Position numbers and translations under genes: made by a program. Shown here piece after piece: positions 35,801 through 50,100 of a stretch of 64,000 nucleotides of DNA (positions within the stretch are counted from its first letter, which is position 1; every line of letters begins with the position of its first letter). This DNA comes from Cyanophora paradoxa CCMP329. Taxonomy: Eukaryota > Plantae > Glaucophyta. Location: contig QPMI01000048.1 in the NCBI GenBank assembly GCA_004431415.1, positions 1 to 64,000 on the forward strand, in the 5' to 3' direction. The notes under the pieces were generated by a model that ran no database searches, was not told where the DNA came from, and worked only from the letters and a program-made list of their open reading frames with translations.

Positions 35801-38800
35801 GAATCGAACGTACATCGGGCCCAGCTATAAGCCAAGGGGGCGTTTTGCGAACCCTGCGCGAAATACGCCCCCTCGCCAGCGCCTGATGTCGAACCTCCTT
35901 TGGCGACTTCGCCCTTTCCCTCCGGATCCGCATCCGGCACGCGCCACTCGCCGCGAAGAACGGCCATTTCGATCTGCGTGGATTCGCGATCAGCGACGCG
36001 CGAGCGACGATGAACGGTTCGCGCGACGCCGGCGTACCCGCTTGACGGAGAACGAAGTGACTCGGTACAGAGCCACGGGCCAGAGGGCGGGCCGCCGGCC
36101 CCAGTCGAAGGGAGCGGCGAGGCCGGAATCGGGCGCGCCGTGTGCTCCAGCTGGCGACCGCGGCTGCGGGCAGAGGCGAGCGTAGACCCGACGCATCCAC
36201 GCCGGGGCGCCCTCCGGTGCCGGCTTGGGAGGCTCCTCTTCCTCCTTGAGGCTCGGATCCTCGCCCCTCGCCGCCCGCCCCAGGGCGGCGCGCAGGCCCC
36301 CGCCGCCTCCGCCGCCGCCGCCGGGCCGCTGAGGATTGATGTTGCGGTACTCGGAGAGGGTCCGGCAGCCCGTGAGGGCGCGCAACATGCTCCCGTTGGA
36401 GTCGTACAGAACGACGGGCGCCCGGTCCAAGTTTCGGTAGAGGTGCACGAACAGCGCCAGGATCGGCGGCGCTCCGAGGACGGCCTGGGCAGGCACGGTA
36501 CGTGTTAAAACGCTTTACGGTGCGTGCGGGGGTGTTTGAGCTTGAGCTTAAGCTTAAGCTTAGCGGACCATGCAGAGGGCGGCGGCGGCGCGCAGGGGCA
36601 CGTCGCCGGTCCACATCGCCCGCGCCGCCTGCAGGTGCACCGCCTCGTAGAAGGCGAGGAAGAGGGCCCTGAGGTAGCCGAGCTTTAGAAGAAGTCCGTA
36701 GTAAAGTTCTCATGTAAATAATAATAAAGAAGGCAAAAGCCGCACAGTTCGATGGCGGGGAAGTAGAGGAGGGAGGGTGGGCTCCGCCGGAGGCGGCGGA
36801 GGACGGCGAGGGCGGCGAGGTGCAGGGCGCAGGCGCCGGCGAAGATGAAGAGCATCCACACGAACGTCGTCTGAAGAAGGGGCCGCGATCGCGATCGCGA
36901 TCAGGCCGACGAATGTGCGAGCGGTCTAGCCATATTAAATTTTCAACAATTGGAGTTTTTACATTTCGCTATTTGATTGTTTGGAACAATATTAATTCCT
37001 GTGCGTTCGGTCTATAGCAAGATCGATATCTTCGACGTCGGCTCACCTTCGTGGAGAGTGCGATTTCCGCCTCGCTGGCCGCCGGCCCGCCCGCCTCGCC
37101 CTGCGCCTCTCCGAGCAGCCGCAGCCGCCGGCTCGAACTCGAGGGGGTGGAGGGCGGCGGCCCGATCATGTCGAGCGCCGAGGGCGGGGCGCTGCGTATA
37201 TACGCCTTCGAATTCAAAATATTCGGGATATATATATCGCGTACCCGAAGGGCGAAGAGAACTGGAGGAAGAGCGGGCCGGCGAGGAACGTTCCCCCCAG
37301 GACGAGAAGCGAGTACGGGAGTCGCCGGGACGCGACCGCCGATATGAGTCCCACCGTGTGCACCTTGGAGATCAGGCTCTGCAGAAGGCAAATAAGGTAA
37401 AATACGCGAGGGATGCAGAGACGACGCATGTGCACAGCGACGGAGCTGGCCCGGGGCGGCTTCAGGTAAGTCCCGCTCCGGGAGCGGCCGCCGACGGCGG
37501 GCATAGATCTAGAGACCGCCTTCGACAGCGCCAGAGCGCTCTTCGACGTCAGCTCTGTTCCACAGGCGTCAGATGAAAGAACCAGGCGAATCCCATGATT
37601 TCATGAATTCGTTTCAACGCAACTGGTTCTGAAGAGGCTGCGGAAGGTGCTGACGGCGGAGACAACGATGACCGCGATCTGAAGCGATTTCGATGTGGTC
37701 ATGAGCGAAGCCAAATTTTTTTAAACGGATCTAGGTCTGGATCGGGTCGGGAGATCCAGATCCAGATCTAGACGCCGACCCCGTCGCACCTGGACGCCGT
37801 TCGCGATGCGCTCGGCGAGGCCGGGATCGATGGCGCCGGGCGCCGGCGCCGGCGTCGGCGTCGGTGCGGGGCGATAGCGGAACGCGGCCGGAGCCGTGGC
37901 AAGAGTGACGGACTCCGCGAGAACGGAGACGTCGCACCTGGCGCCAAGTCAGCTCAAACGAAAGGACTTCGATGGCACGGTCCGGGAAATTTAAATGGGA
38001 AGCTTATGGGGGACGATGCACCAGGTCATGGGCGGGAGGGTGGCGGGGCTTGGCGGCGCCGTGACCAGCAGCTCGGTAAAGGATCTGCACGGATCGGAAT
38101 TCGTTAGCTAAAGGTCGAGTCCATGAGGATTGTGCAGCGCCTCGAAATCAAAACGACGGAATTTGAAGCTAGCGTGTGTCTTATAATTATAATGAGATCG
38201 CACCGCGAGACGATCGCGGCGGTCTGGTTGCAGATGGTGACGCTCAGAGGAATGAGCCAGGGTCCGGCGGAGGCGGGAAGAGGGGTGAGAGGGGACGCGG
38301 CGACGGTCACGTTATCGCCGCCACCCGCATCGGTCGTGTTGGGCGAGACGGAGGCAATGGAAAGACCTGCCAGAAAAAACGTCGAATTTGAATTCAGATT
38401 CGAATTTCGGGGGGCGAATTTCGAATTTCGGACCGGCGACGAAGACTCGAGTTGTGCCGACGACGGACGGTTCCGCGGCGACAAACGCGGGGGCGGATTG
38501 AAGGACAGTGATGTCAAGGAAGCCTGCCAGGCAGGGACGGAGTAAGCGGAGTCGACTTCCCTGAGGCGCCATGGGCCAGCGATCCATCCGACGCGACCCG
38601 AGGCACCTGTGTAGCCGGCGACGGGCTGCACGCGGATGCTGACGCCCGCCGTGACGCGCGACGCCGTGATGGAACTGGAGGCGATCCAGGGCGAGCTCGA
38701 GGCCCCGGCCGCCTGTGCGAGCCGCCGCCTCGCAATCGCCGCGCCGCTCTGTGCGATTGCAAAGCTCGCGTGAGGTCCAGGTCCGCCGAGCGAGCGAGAC

Positions 38801-41800
38801 AAGCGGATTTGGATCTAAACAGTCACGGCCGCACCAAGGGGGATCCTTGCGCTCGGATGGAGAGCGTGTCGGCGTCGACGAACAGCGACTGCCCGCCGCC
38901 CCGTATGTCGAGCGTGAGCTCGAACGCAACCCCAGCCTGCACCACGGGCGCAGCGCCGGGGCCCGATCTCGACCCGCCCGCGCCGCCGCCGCTACCGCCA
39001 CCGCCGCCGCCTCCGCCGACGGTGGGGGCGAAGACGGTCTCAGAGCGCACGGGCACCCCGACGGCGACGTACGACACACTCGCGAACGAAACGCCTCTGC
39101 GCACGCAAAATTACAGGAGTTCAAATTGAAGGAAGCCAAAGGAAGTCGATTGATAGGTTCCGATTGATAGGGTCCTCAGAGCGTACCGGTACGTTGCATT
39201 CAGAGAGCCGCGCCCCGTGCGCAGCGCGGCGGTTCCGAGCTGGACGGCGTACGCAGAGGCGAGTCCGAGCTCCAGCACGGGGGCGGGGCCCAGGGGCTCG
39301 CGCGTCGCGTTCACGCCGCTTCCCGACGTGGCCATCGCGAGGCCCGAAACGTTAACGAGCGCCGCGACGCCGTTCTGCGCATCGTAAGAACAGCTTTAAA
39401 GGAGATTAATTAAAGAAGCAGTTCTGTTAAATCAAGCGGACCGCGCGCGCGTCGAGTGTGCAGTTGTACGTGAAGCCCGCCCAGATCGGCTCGTCCGCCC
39501 GCGACTCGTTCTGCGCACACGGAATTTAAGACAGCGCTCGAAGACGGCGGATATTTTGATGGCGGAACACACCATGGCGTCGCACGCGAGGCGACTCGAC
39601 TCGTCCGGCACGTAGTGGAGGTAGACCGTCGCGCTGCCGAGCGATGCGTTGCTGACCGCCGCCGCCAAAGTCGCGTTGCAAGACCCGAGGAGCGTCGCCG
39701 AAGGCAGCGCCTCGTCGGAAGGCGTGGCGAGCTCGACGGCGGCGCTCGCGCCGGCAGCCAGGACGACGAACGCGGCGCCTTCGCCGGAGGAAAACGGCGT
39801 GGGACGCGTCGAGGTGCGCAGCTCGAGCGTGAAGGAAGGGGCGGCGCCCGAGACGTCGGCGGCGGGCAGGATTTGGGCCGACCAGAGCGAGCCGCACGTC
39901 CGCGCGGACAGCGCGGCGCCGTCCACCCAAACGGCCGCGCCCGCCGTCGTCGGCGCGACGCCGCATCGTAGGGTCTCCCCCGCCTGTACGGCCGGGGTTG
40001 CACATGACACGGTCGCGTTGTCCGCCACGGCTGGAACGCAGTGCGTCAGTGTAATAAAGAAGAAGAATAAAGGCGCAAGGTCTAATTGCGTAGTGCACAT
40101 GTGATTATTATAATGCAGCAACCGAGCAAGCTATGCATAATAAAGAAAAACGCGAGCACCGATAACAACGAAGCGGACGGCGCTCAGCAGCTTGCACGGC
40201 TCCGGCGAGACGGACATGCCCAGAGCCAGAGCCGCGGTCGCGTTCCACACCTTCGCGTTCGGCAGTGAAATATTTAAGATACTTGATAGCATAGGTATAT
40301 TCTATCTATTAACTATCTTTAGAACCTTGGCGGTCGGACAGAAGAAGAACAGGACGTGTCCGGGGCCCGTAGACTCCGGGAGGGAAGGGGCGGAGAAGGC
40401 CGGCGCGCTCGCGCCGCTCGCCAGGCCGGCGAACGTCGCCTGCACCGAACGCGCGCGTTATTGTTGCGCGTGGACAGAGGAACTAGTACTATGACTGCGG
40501 TGCTCATCGCGACAAACGCGTACGGCACCGACGGACCTGCGTCAAGCTGACGTTGGCCAGCGAGCCGTTGGATGAGACTGAGAGGAAGGCGGATGGCACA
40601 GGCGCCGCCGCCCCGCCCTGCGCATGAGTACGAGTCAATGTTAAAAATTGGAACAAACCAAGTAGGTTCAGAGACGCGGGTTGAACTATGAACGCGCGGG
40701 CCTTTGCGGAGGTGAAGGTGCAGCTGACGCTCGCCGACACGGGCAGGAGCGCCGCGCCGGGCGAGCAGACCGGCGCGATCTCGTCCACCGCGTCTGTCGC
40801 GGATATGAGATGAGAGAACCCAAGTCGCTCTGATCATGATCATGATTTAAATTTCCCGGAGTCCGAGTTCGAGGTCACACCGAATGGAACGACGTGGTAC
40901 ACGTATCGTGCCGACGCCGTTGTGACCCCGTTCACCTGTTCACGCACGGTTCTTTGTACCCGGCGGGAACCGGGCCGCGGGCGGGGCGCCAATCTAGATC
41001 TCAAGCAAATCAAAACATGCCGCACCGTCAGGCGGAACTCGAGCGACGCCGTCGTCCCGACCGCCTCTGCCACAGCGAAGGTGGCCGTGAACGAGTCGAA
41101 GGCGCCGGCGCCGGGCGCCGGGAGGAGCGCCAGGGAGGCCGTCGCGTTCGCGCTGGCGGCCGGCGAGCGCTGCACCGGCGTCAAGCGTCAAGAGCTCTAA
41201 TCATCAGCGAGCTTCGAATTCGAATTCTTCTCGCCTGATGAAGCGCGACTTCGCTGCTATCCATGTACTGCTTCACACCGTTCTTGATCTGTGTATTGCG
41301 TCGGAGTTGATTGACATATATATCTTGTTAAGACTATTCGCATGATCATAAATATATGGCATGGGGATTCCGCGCACGGCCTGGAAGGTGCAGGTGACGA
41401 CCGACCCGGTGAAATAGAAGGGGCACGCGGAGGGCGCGCCGCCGAGCAGCGCGGCGCCGGCGGACGGGGCGCAGTTCGGCAGCTCGACGTCGAAGGGTGC
41501 CGCGGGGCAGCCGACCACGAGCGTGGAATCCGCAATCGTGTCCTGCGCATGCGCGCGTGCGCGCGTCAGGCGTTCGAATTCGAACGGGTTTCGGAGAATT
41601 CGAACATGGACCCGCGCGAACCAGGACAATGGATAGAGAGAGGCGGTCAGTCGCGGCGCATCCGGCGTACGAGTCGCGGCCGCTAGCCACAAGCCCTGCA
41701 AGTCAGAGAGATTCGAGGAGGGTAACGGGCTCGGGGCGCTCACAGGGGGCAGTACAGGAGGTCGACGGTGCCGGGGCCCGTCTCCGTGAGCGGCGGAACC

Positions 41801-44800
41801 GTTATCGAAAGCGTGTACGTGGAAGAGGCGACAGCGCCTGAAACCAAATTCGATATCATTGAATTCGTCAACGGCATTGAGTTCTAATTATAAATCCACG
41901 CCGTGAACGCACCAGTCCAGTTGGCGAACGAGACGAGCGTCGGGGCCAGCTTCCCCTTTCCCACGACCAAGGTCGTGAGGGGGTCGACGGGCGACGGGAG
42001 CCCCGTCGCGGTGCGCGTGACGGCGACCGTGCACGTGAACGTCGATCCGCGGGGTACCTGATCGCGATCGAGCGTCGCGATCGCCGATCGCGAGCGCGTT
42101 GAGAGAGGAGAAGCCAAACTTGAAAGCCAAGCGGCACACTATGAATGTGCCGTTGACCGTGTCGTTGCCGCAGTTCGCTTTCAAGACGTAGCCCGGGTCT
42201 GACCGCAAAAGAAGCCGCGAATACTTATTAATTAATGCAGACGCAGATAGGTGTTCAAGGCAGCGGCACCCGTGAAGGCCTGCAGGAAGTTTCCGCCCTT
42301 GGACGTGTAGCCCTTCGAGAAGGCGCAGCCGAGGGCGAGGCCGTCCCGCGCCGGGTCGAGCAGGGCGGGGTCCTCGACTGTGACGCGGAAGGCGTGCGCC
42401 GTGGCGGCCCCCTCCGCGCTCGCCAGCGTCGGCTGCGCGCAGGCGTGTTCTTGTCACAGTGTGCGTCAGAATTCGTCCGGCGGACAATTCAAAGAGGAGC
42501 CTTAAGCGAAGCTTAAGCGATGAAGATGAAGCTCGATTTCGGAGGACCTGAGAGACTGCCAGGCCGGTGGTGTTGGCTGTCAGGCGGCAGCTCGGGAAGG
42601 GAAGGGCGTTGTTGATGAGGCGGGGGAAGAGGACGCAGTGGAAGGTGAAGCCGACCGCGGCAGTCTCCGTTGTGAGGAGGCAGCTGACGACGGAGGACTG
42701 GTCGGGGCCTGCGCGCGCGTGCAAGGCGGATGTCGTCACTGATCCGAAAGAGAATGAGCGGGGCGGAATTTGAAGGTACGTGCATGGGGAGGCGACGAGA
42801 ACACGTGTGTTCAATCCCCAGTTGGGGTACGTGACGGGGCCCAGGCCGCTGCCGCCGCCCCCGGAGACGAAGACCCACGTGTCTTTTCGGGGCGGATTCA
42901 GCGGCGTCAGGAGCAGTTCGGGCGGCTGCGTGAGGCAGCACAAACTCGCCTTTGACCTGCGGCCGGTTTCGGAAAAGCTGAAGTTAAGCGGACGCGGAAC
43001 GGAAAGTGGGAGCTGCAGCTGGCCGCGGAGGAGTTCGGACCAGGTACTGGGTCGGGGCAACGCCCCAGAGAAGGTTGGCGGCCCCCGCCGGCACATTGAC
43101 CTGCGGGTGCGGGCGCGGATGATCATGAGGGGCCAGGCTGCATATTGCATAGCGTCGAGAAGCTTAAGGACGAGAGCGGGGGCGCTCACGGGTGTCGTCC
43201 CTGCATACTCCCACAAGTTCGTCTGCACGGCGCGTCGGACGTCTCTCATGATCAGAGTTATAATTAATTATAAGCACGTGCACGACCGGCGGCCGTGGGC
43301 GGGACCGGCCGCGGGTCGGCGCGCGCACCTCTGTATCGTACGCCCACATCTCCGCGAGCTGCGAGGGCAACCGTGAGCTGTGCCGCGGGCACTTGCTGCG
43401 CATTATAATTAAATGAAAGGCGCCTGGTAGTACAACGCATTGGAGTCGTAGCCCTGGCCACCGTACACTGCGCGAGCGCAGCGTTTTCGCCAACGCCGCG
43501 CTTTGGCTCTCACCGCGCAGCGAAAGATCCAGAGGACGGCAGCGCACTGTAAAACTTCGTTCCGTACGTCGCGTATATGGAACCGTAGCGCCCCCAGGGG
43601 CCCCCTGCAGGCGCCACATGGACTACGGTGTACACGTACGTGTCTGCCGAAGCGTGGTCATGAGGCCTATATAGCTAGGGTATCGATAACGCGAGCGCTT
43701 TTGGTAAATCATATTTAGATTTCCGCTCTTAAGCTTGGGCCGTACCCATGTTGAGCTTCCCAAGGGTCCAGTCGACGACAGGCCCGCCGCCGGCGTTCAT
43801 GGACCAGTGGTTCGCGACGCCTCCGTACATCCTGTTCGACGCGACGCCGACGCCCGGCCGATGCCAACGTCAGCGCGAGATATACAAGCATACTCATGAG
43901 CACGGAGACTCGAGCTCTGAGATCTAGATCTAGAGCGCCGAGCTTACACAGATAAACGCCGACCACATCGTATCAATCATCGATAGACATTTTATCAAGG
44001 AAGCCTTAAGCTCGATGCGATGCTTATCAGATATCGATAGACATTTTATCGAGGGAGGTTTCATTATATTAATCTCTCGTGCGGGGCGGCCGCGGGGCGG
44101 GGCGGGGCGCGCGCGCCAGATGTTGCGGCCGATGACGGCTCCTGAGGACATGTATGCGGCCGGCATCGGCGCGCCGGAGGTCGCCTGCGTCCACAGGGCG
44201 CCCGCCTGCGCGTCGAAGATGCCGAGGCCCCCCACGAGGCCGGCCAGGTTCCAGCCGCCTGCGCGCGCGCGGCTCGACGCGTACGTACGCGGGGCGAGGG
44301 CCGCGGACGGGTCGGGTGCATGACTGGATGTCCATGGCTGGCTCACGCGCCAGGTGCGGGCGCAGGGCCTGTATAGCTTGCAATTGCTAGCTATAGGGAC
44401 GGCCGACGCGCACCGACGACGAGGACGTACCGGTCGTCCTTCACAAAGGCGTTCGCGTCGTACCGCACCTGCGATCGCGGTAGCGATCGCGGAATCGGAA
44501 TCGGAATCGGTTTAAATTTATCTCGCGCGGGGCCGTATACGTAGAGCTGACGCCGTCCGTCGGTCGGCGGGGGCGCGATGTATCCGTATATATGTGTATA
44601 TATAGCATTATGTAGCTACAGGCAGCTGCACGCGCAGCTGCAGCGGTATCGTGTACTTATAATTATTATATCGGTATCTTGGCGAGACAGGAGTAGCAAT
44701 ATAGCGCGAGGAAATTAAATCAAAGCTCTAGCTTTCTTATAAACGCACGGGCGTGGATCCCGAGGCGGAAGCCGTCGCCCACGCCGTCGTCGCGGGATCG

Positions 44801-46163
44801 TACCTGCCGGTCCGATCGCGAGCCCGAAGGCACGGCCGCGATATCGAGCGGCTGGCGCCGCGCGCGCGCACATGCGCACCGGTACACAACGAACGACGCG
44901 CCGGCAACGAGCGCGCCGCTGCCCATGGCCATCCGTTCAGAGGCCGATTGCAGACCCCGGCCCGGGATACAAAAATAGCGCACCCGAAGGCGTAGTATTT
45001 GCCGCGGACGACGGCCGCCGGCGAGTTGAGCGTCGGGAGCATCCAGGGCGCCGCCTGCGCCGGCGGGTTCGAGGTGCCCCGCACGGTGCCGTCCGACCAG
45101 GGCGACGCCGCGACGGCTGCAGAGCCCGGCCGTGGGGTCAAGCGGGGCCGGTCCAGATCGCGGGGCGGAGCGCGATCGTCGAATCCATTTCAAGAGTCTA
45201 CAGCGAAAAGAAAACGCGGGCCGCACTGAAATTAATCGAGACGAAAGAGGGGTGCGGCCTGCGCGAATGCGAAGATGAATTCGAATGATATGAATCCAAG
45301 AAAGAGGGCGAGACTTCACTGTACCCCGCGAAGGCGACGTCACCGATGACGCCCCCCGCCAGCCGGTCCGAGACCGGAGGCGCCACGCCCGTGTTCGGGA
45401 CGTGCACGAGGAAGAGCGTGCCCGTGCACGTGCCGGCCTTGAGGGCCCGCCGCGGTTGCTGGCCATATGCATGGGACCGGCCGGGGGAGCTCGCGGCGCT
45501 CAGGCTAGCGCTCGAGCCCGCGGCCGGATCCGGAGGGCCGAGGGCGGCGCCCAACTTGTCGCTCCCAGCTGCACCTGCATGCGCAGCAGCAGATGCAGAT
45601 GCAGCTGCAGCTGAAGTGTCCAAAGGCGGGTGGGTACCCGGGGCGACCTCGCCTTGGCCTGGCCCCCCATGGCCATACGCGTCGACTGCCCGGGGGCGGG
45701 ACGCCGCCGCCGGCACTGCGGCGCGGCCGCGGGCCCGGGGTCAGCGATCGGAGGCGGCGCGGCGCGCGGGCGGGCGCATGCGCAGTCGCGAGGATGAGCC
45801 GGGGCCCGGGGTAACAGGTCTAGATCGATAGCTAAATCTTCTTAGGGCGACACAGCTGCGCATGCAGATCTAGATCTAGAGTTCCAGGGGGATGCATATG
45901 CGCGAAATAGCTGTGCGGACCGGCCCACGCCTGTCGTTTTAGCTATAGCTATTTAGCTGTAGCCATAGGGCCGGCGGCGGCGATCTCGGAAAGGGCGCAC
46001 CCGTCGCCAATAGGAGGACCGCGACCGAGACAGCGAGAGCAAGGCTACGCAGCTGCAGCCACAGCTGCAAGCGCGGCGCGCGCGTCTGCCGTCCGCGCCG
46101 GCATGGAAAGACGTGGCCGCTGCTGGCAGATCCGGGATCCGCAAAGACCGTTAACGTGCGCAT
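32801..46163 (-). CDS. Large cell-surface protein: signal/anchor - Kelch-like propeller - tandem Cys-containing Ig-like repeats - IPT/TIG - multi-TM (TRP-C-like) C-terminus; many exons
   Basis: N-terminus MRTLTVF..LALAVSVAVLLLAT. Kelch-like: AAVVRGKYYAFG, RYDPATTAW, AFVKDDRYVLVVG, SGAVIGRNIW, EMWAYDTE. Ig-like: VPRGSTFTCTV, AVGFTFHCVL, FTGSVVTCTF, VSASVSCTF, VQAGETLRCGV. IPT: SIASVSPNTTDAGGGDNVTV. TM region: YNALFEEFE, MLELFKLLLCCFLVAL, LVFLRPFINRWCN, ELVAFLAVLLL, VAVFASCLLLVLVVLL. Stop near 32801 is tentative. Confidence 0.7.
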
Positions 46164-47130
46164 GTCACAGTGTGCTGCGTGCATCCCTCGTACTCGAGCT
46201 CATGCCATGATGGACTAGCGATTTGCTCCGGGGATCCCGCGGCTGCGAGCCGTTTCCTACTAAAAAGGCTAATACTCGGCGTGCACGTGGATATGCGCAG
46301 CTGCAGGCAGCGCAGCTGGCCGTGGCCGATTGGGATCGGAGCTGGCGTGTCTGCAGCTGCGCGGCCATATGCATAAAGGATGCTCAGCTAACGAAGCTGG
46401 CGCCGCGCGTCGCGCGCGCGCGCGCGGCGATGCGCCTGCAGGCTGCAGCTAACCGACGGTGATCATGAGGCCGCGGCCGCTGAGGCTGCTAAAGCTAGCT
46501 ATAGCTGGCTAGGGCTGCTCTTCCTTCAGGCTGATGCGGCGCGCGGCGGCGCCGCGGCGCATGCGCTTCCGAGTTCAGCGGGCGGGGCTGCACCCGGTAC
46601 GGGTGCACCGTGCGGGCCGTTGCGGCACTGCGGCACTGCGCTACCGCTGCTCATGCAAGCCTTGATATCGATCATGAAGCAAGTTGAAGGGCGCCGGCGC
46701 CCGGCGCTGCAGCTGCTGCTGCTAGCAGGAGCTCAATGCTTAGCTCATTCAGGGATCGGGGTACTTGCACATACGCGTAAAAAAGCTTCATTGGCCAAAT
46801 ATAATACGCCGTTTCATTGGCAGAGAGACTGAAGCTTGGGGTACAGCCGAATTCATTGCCGCCCCGCCTCGCCGCGCCCGCATCAGCATGCAGTGCCATG
46901 CATACAATTACGTTGTGCATGTTCATCGTGCACTACGGTAGCCTAGTAGACCCCGCGCATGTCAACCGTCTTCCACGAGCTCATCGAGACGTGGGGGTAC
47001 GATGCGAGCTCAAAATTAGGGGGTACAGCGCCGAAGCTAACCAAGGAAGCGCGCCCGAGGTGAGCCCCAAGGAGCGCGATAGCGTCATTGCATGCGGTCG
47101 TAGAGTCTGTGCAGCGCGCACCTTCCTCCG
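46164..47130. promoter_or_regulatory. Putative bidirectional promoter (~970 bp); paralogue at 58051-58987
   Basis: Lies between divergent start codons at 46163 (-) and 47131 (+); rich in CAGCTG and GCATGC. Confidence 0.5.
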
Positions 47131-50100
47131 ATGGGCTGCGGGTCGTCAAGCTCCGCCGCGCAAAGCGCCAGCTACGCAGCCGACAAGGCCGGGCAGCCGG
47201 GCCAGCAGGTCCCTACCGCATCCGCAAATGCAAGCGGTGCATTAGACCAGGAGACGAAGCAGGCGTCCGCTGGCGGCTCTCAGGATGCACAGCCGAACTC
47301 AGAACCCCAACCGCAGCCAGCGAACGGAGAGCAGAAGGTGCGATGCGTTCGCCTTGCATCGCGCTTAAGGGCGCATGCAGTGCGGGCGCTCCGCCTGACC
47401 GGACCCCCAGCCGCAGTCGGAGGCCAATGCGGAGCGGCGGGAGCTGCCGCCCATCCAGCTGCGGGGGGCGCCGCCGCGCGCGTTCAGCGGCGCGTCCGTG
47501 GGATCGGTCGCGATCGACCTCACGCGGACGCCCTCCCTTCTGAGCGCCGCCCAGTCGCCGGGCGCGTCCCAGCACGGCGCGGCCCAGCCGGCGGCTGCGT
47601 CGGACGCAGCGACGGCGACGGCGCAGCCCGCGGGGAACGCAGCGTCGACCGTCTCCGAGCGCCGCGTTGAGCCCGTCTCGTCGATGACGGCGGCGGCGGC
47701 GCCACCGCCCGCCGTGACGCAGGGCCCGCCCTCACCGGCCGCCGCCTCCAAGCAACCGGCCCTCCCGCCTTCGCCCAAGGCGGCGGCGCCGCCCTCGCCC
47801 AAGACCCTCGGGCCCCCCTCGCCGCGGGGGATGCTGGCGCCGCCCTCGCCGGCGGGCGACCAGATGCACCCGGACACGGCCTCGGGCGTCTCGTCGGGCC
47901 CCCCCTCGGCCCGCCAGTACATCGACCTCCGCCACCGCCTGCGCTCCAGCGACCGATTCGTCAGGGGTACGCGTTCATTGGGCTCTGGCCGCCCCCGCCC
48001 CGCCCCGCTCGCCCGCCGCCGCCGCCGATCGAAAGTTTTCGCCGCAGTCTTCCTCTCCTCTACGTTCGCTGACATGGGCCCCGAACGGGAGGCGATCCAG
48101 AAGAGCGCTGTACCCCGCCTGCGGGGCGCCCTCGCCGCCCGCGGCCTCTTCTTCTCGTGCGTCGACCTCCGATGGGTGCGCACACGTACCCCCCTCCCAC
48201 CTCCCAATCGCGGCCCCTTCCACCCCCGCTGAGCTCGGTACCCGGCGCAGGGCGTGACGGAGGAGCAGGTCAAGAACGGGACGGTGCGCCGTACCCCTGC
48301 CCCTTCTTTCCCCCTCTTCCCCTGTTCTGATCCGGTACCCCCCCCCCCCCCCCCGAAGGTCTCTCGCATTTGCCTGCAAGAGGTCGAGCGCTGCACGTAT
48401 TTCCTCGCTTTTCTGAAGGCTCGTTCGCGTACCCCCTCCCCCTTCTTGCGCCCCCCGTACCCCTAATCTCTTCCTCCCCCCTCCGCCAGTCCCGCTACGG
48501 GTGGCACGCCCCCCCGGGCGCCGGCTCCGACGACCCCTTCGTGAAGTGCGACCGTACCCCGCCGAAACCTGCGATCCCGTACCCCCCTCGTGAATGCGTA
48601 CCCCCCAGGACCCTCGAGACGGCCGCGGAGGAGTTCCCCTTCCTCGTTAAGTATGCGGACCGCTCCGTCACGGTACCCCCTCGCAGCCCCCGTACCGCGT
48701 ACCCCCCCTCCGTGTTGAAGTACCCTGCCCCTGCGCAGGAGCACGAGATCCGATTGGGCGCCTTCGTGGACCCGCTGGTGCGTGCGAGACGGGGGATCGA
48801 GTCCTGGCGTGCCCCTTTCGGCCGCTCTGACTGACATCGCCGCAGGGCCGCGAGCGGGTGCGGCGTGACGTCGCGCGCTTCTGGTTCGCTTCTGCGGCCC
48901 TCTCTGGCGGTGCGGGCGGGCGCCGTACCCCATCTTCTTCCTCCCGTAATCGTGTACCCCCGCAGACTCGGGGGAGGGCGAGCGGGCCGCCAAGATGCTC
49001 CAGTCGCTCAAGAGCGAGGCGCGCTCCCCCCCCCTCTTCTCTTCCCCCCGCCCCTTACGCCTGTACCCCCCGCAGATCGCGGGGGCGGGGTTCGGGCTGG
49101 GGGAGTACGCGTCGCCGGCGGGCCTCGCGGGGGCCATCCACGACGCCGTCCTCGAGGTAAGCGGGGCCGGGGTGGAGGGATGGACAGGGGGTACGCGATA
49201 GACACGAGGGGGAAGCCTGCCGGCCAGAGTGGGATGGCTACCGGGCCAGCCGCGCCCCCGCGGACGGAGCGTAGGCGGTCCGTAGGCCACAACAGAAGCA
49301 CGCGAAAGAAAGAGCGATGGGGTCCGCGGCTCGGGCGGGCGGCGCGCCTCGGCCTTCTCCTCGTCCCGCTGACGCTCTCTCCTCTTCTCCTCGGGCAGAT
49401 GGTGGCGCGGGATTTTCCGGCGGTGCCAGCGGCCTCGTGGATCGAGCGCGAGCTCTCCGTCCACGCTGCCTTCTCCGCCTCCCGCAGGCCCGCCCCCTCC
49501 TCGCCGCCTCTTCTCCTCGGCTCCTCTTAAGCTGCCCGCAGGCGTCTGTACGTGCCGGAGGCGGGGCGGATGCGGGCGCTGGACGCGTACGCCGAGGCCT
49601 CGGGGCCGGAGCTCATGCTCGTCACCGGGCCCGACGGCGTCGGCAAGAGCGGTGCGCGACAGCGAGAGAGAAGAAGCAGAGGGGAGGAGAGACGCGTGGA
49701 AGCGAGCGGCCTCGGTGTGCTCTCCGCTGACTCCCGCCGGCAGCGCTGCTGGCGAACTGGGGCGGGGAGCGGGCGCGGCGGGCCGGCGGGGGCCCCGGCA
49801 CCGGCCCCGGGGCCGACCGGGAGCTCGTCCTCGTCCACCACATCGGCAGCGGGCAGCAGTCCGCCCGCGCCGCCAGCCTCGCACGGTGCCCCTCCCCCTC
49901 TCCCCCCGCCCTTCGGATCTATAGAACCGACAGGAGACCATAGACTTCATCCGAGTTGATAAGCCGCCACGCGGCCTCCTTTTCTCCTCTCCATTCGCCC
50001 TCTCCCGTCCTCTCCCGTCCCTCCCTCCCTCACCGGCCTCCTCTCCTTCTCCTCCATTCGTCCCGTCCTCTCCCGTCCCGCCCCTCCCTAGATTTGATTC

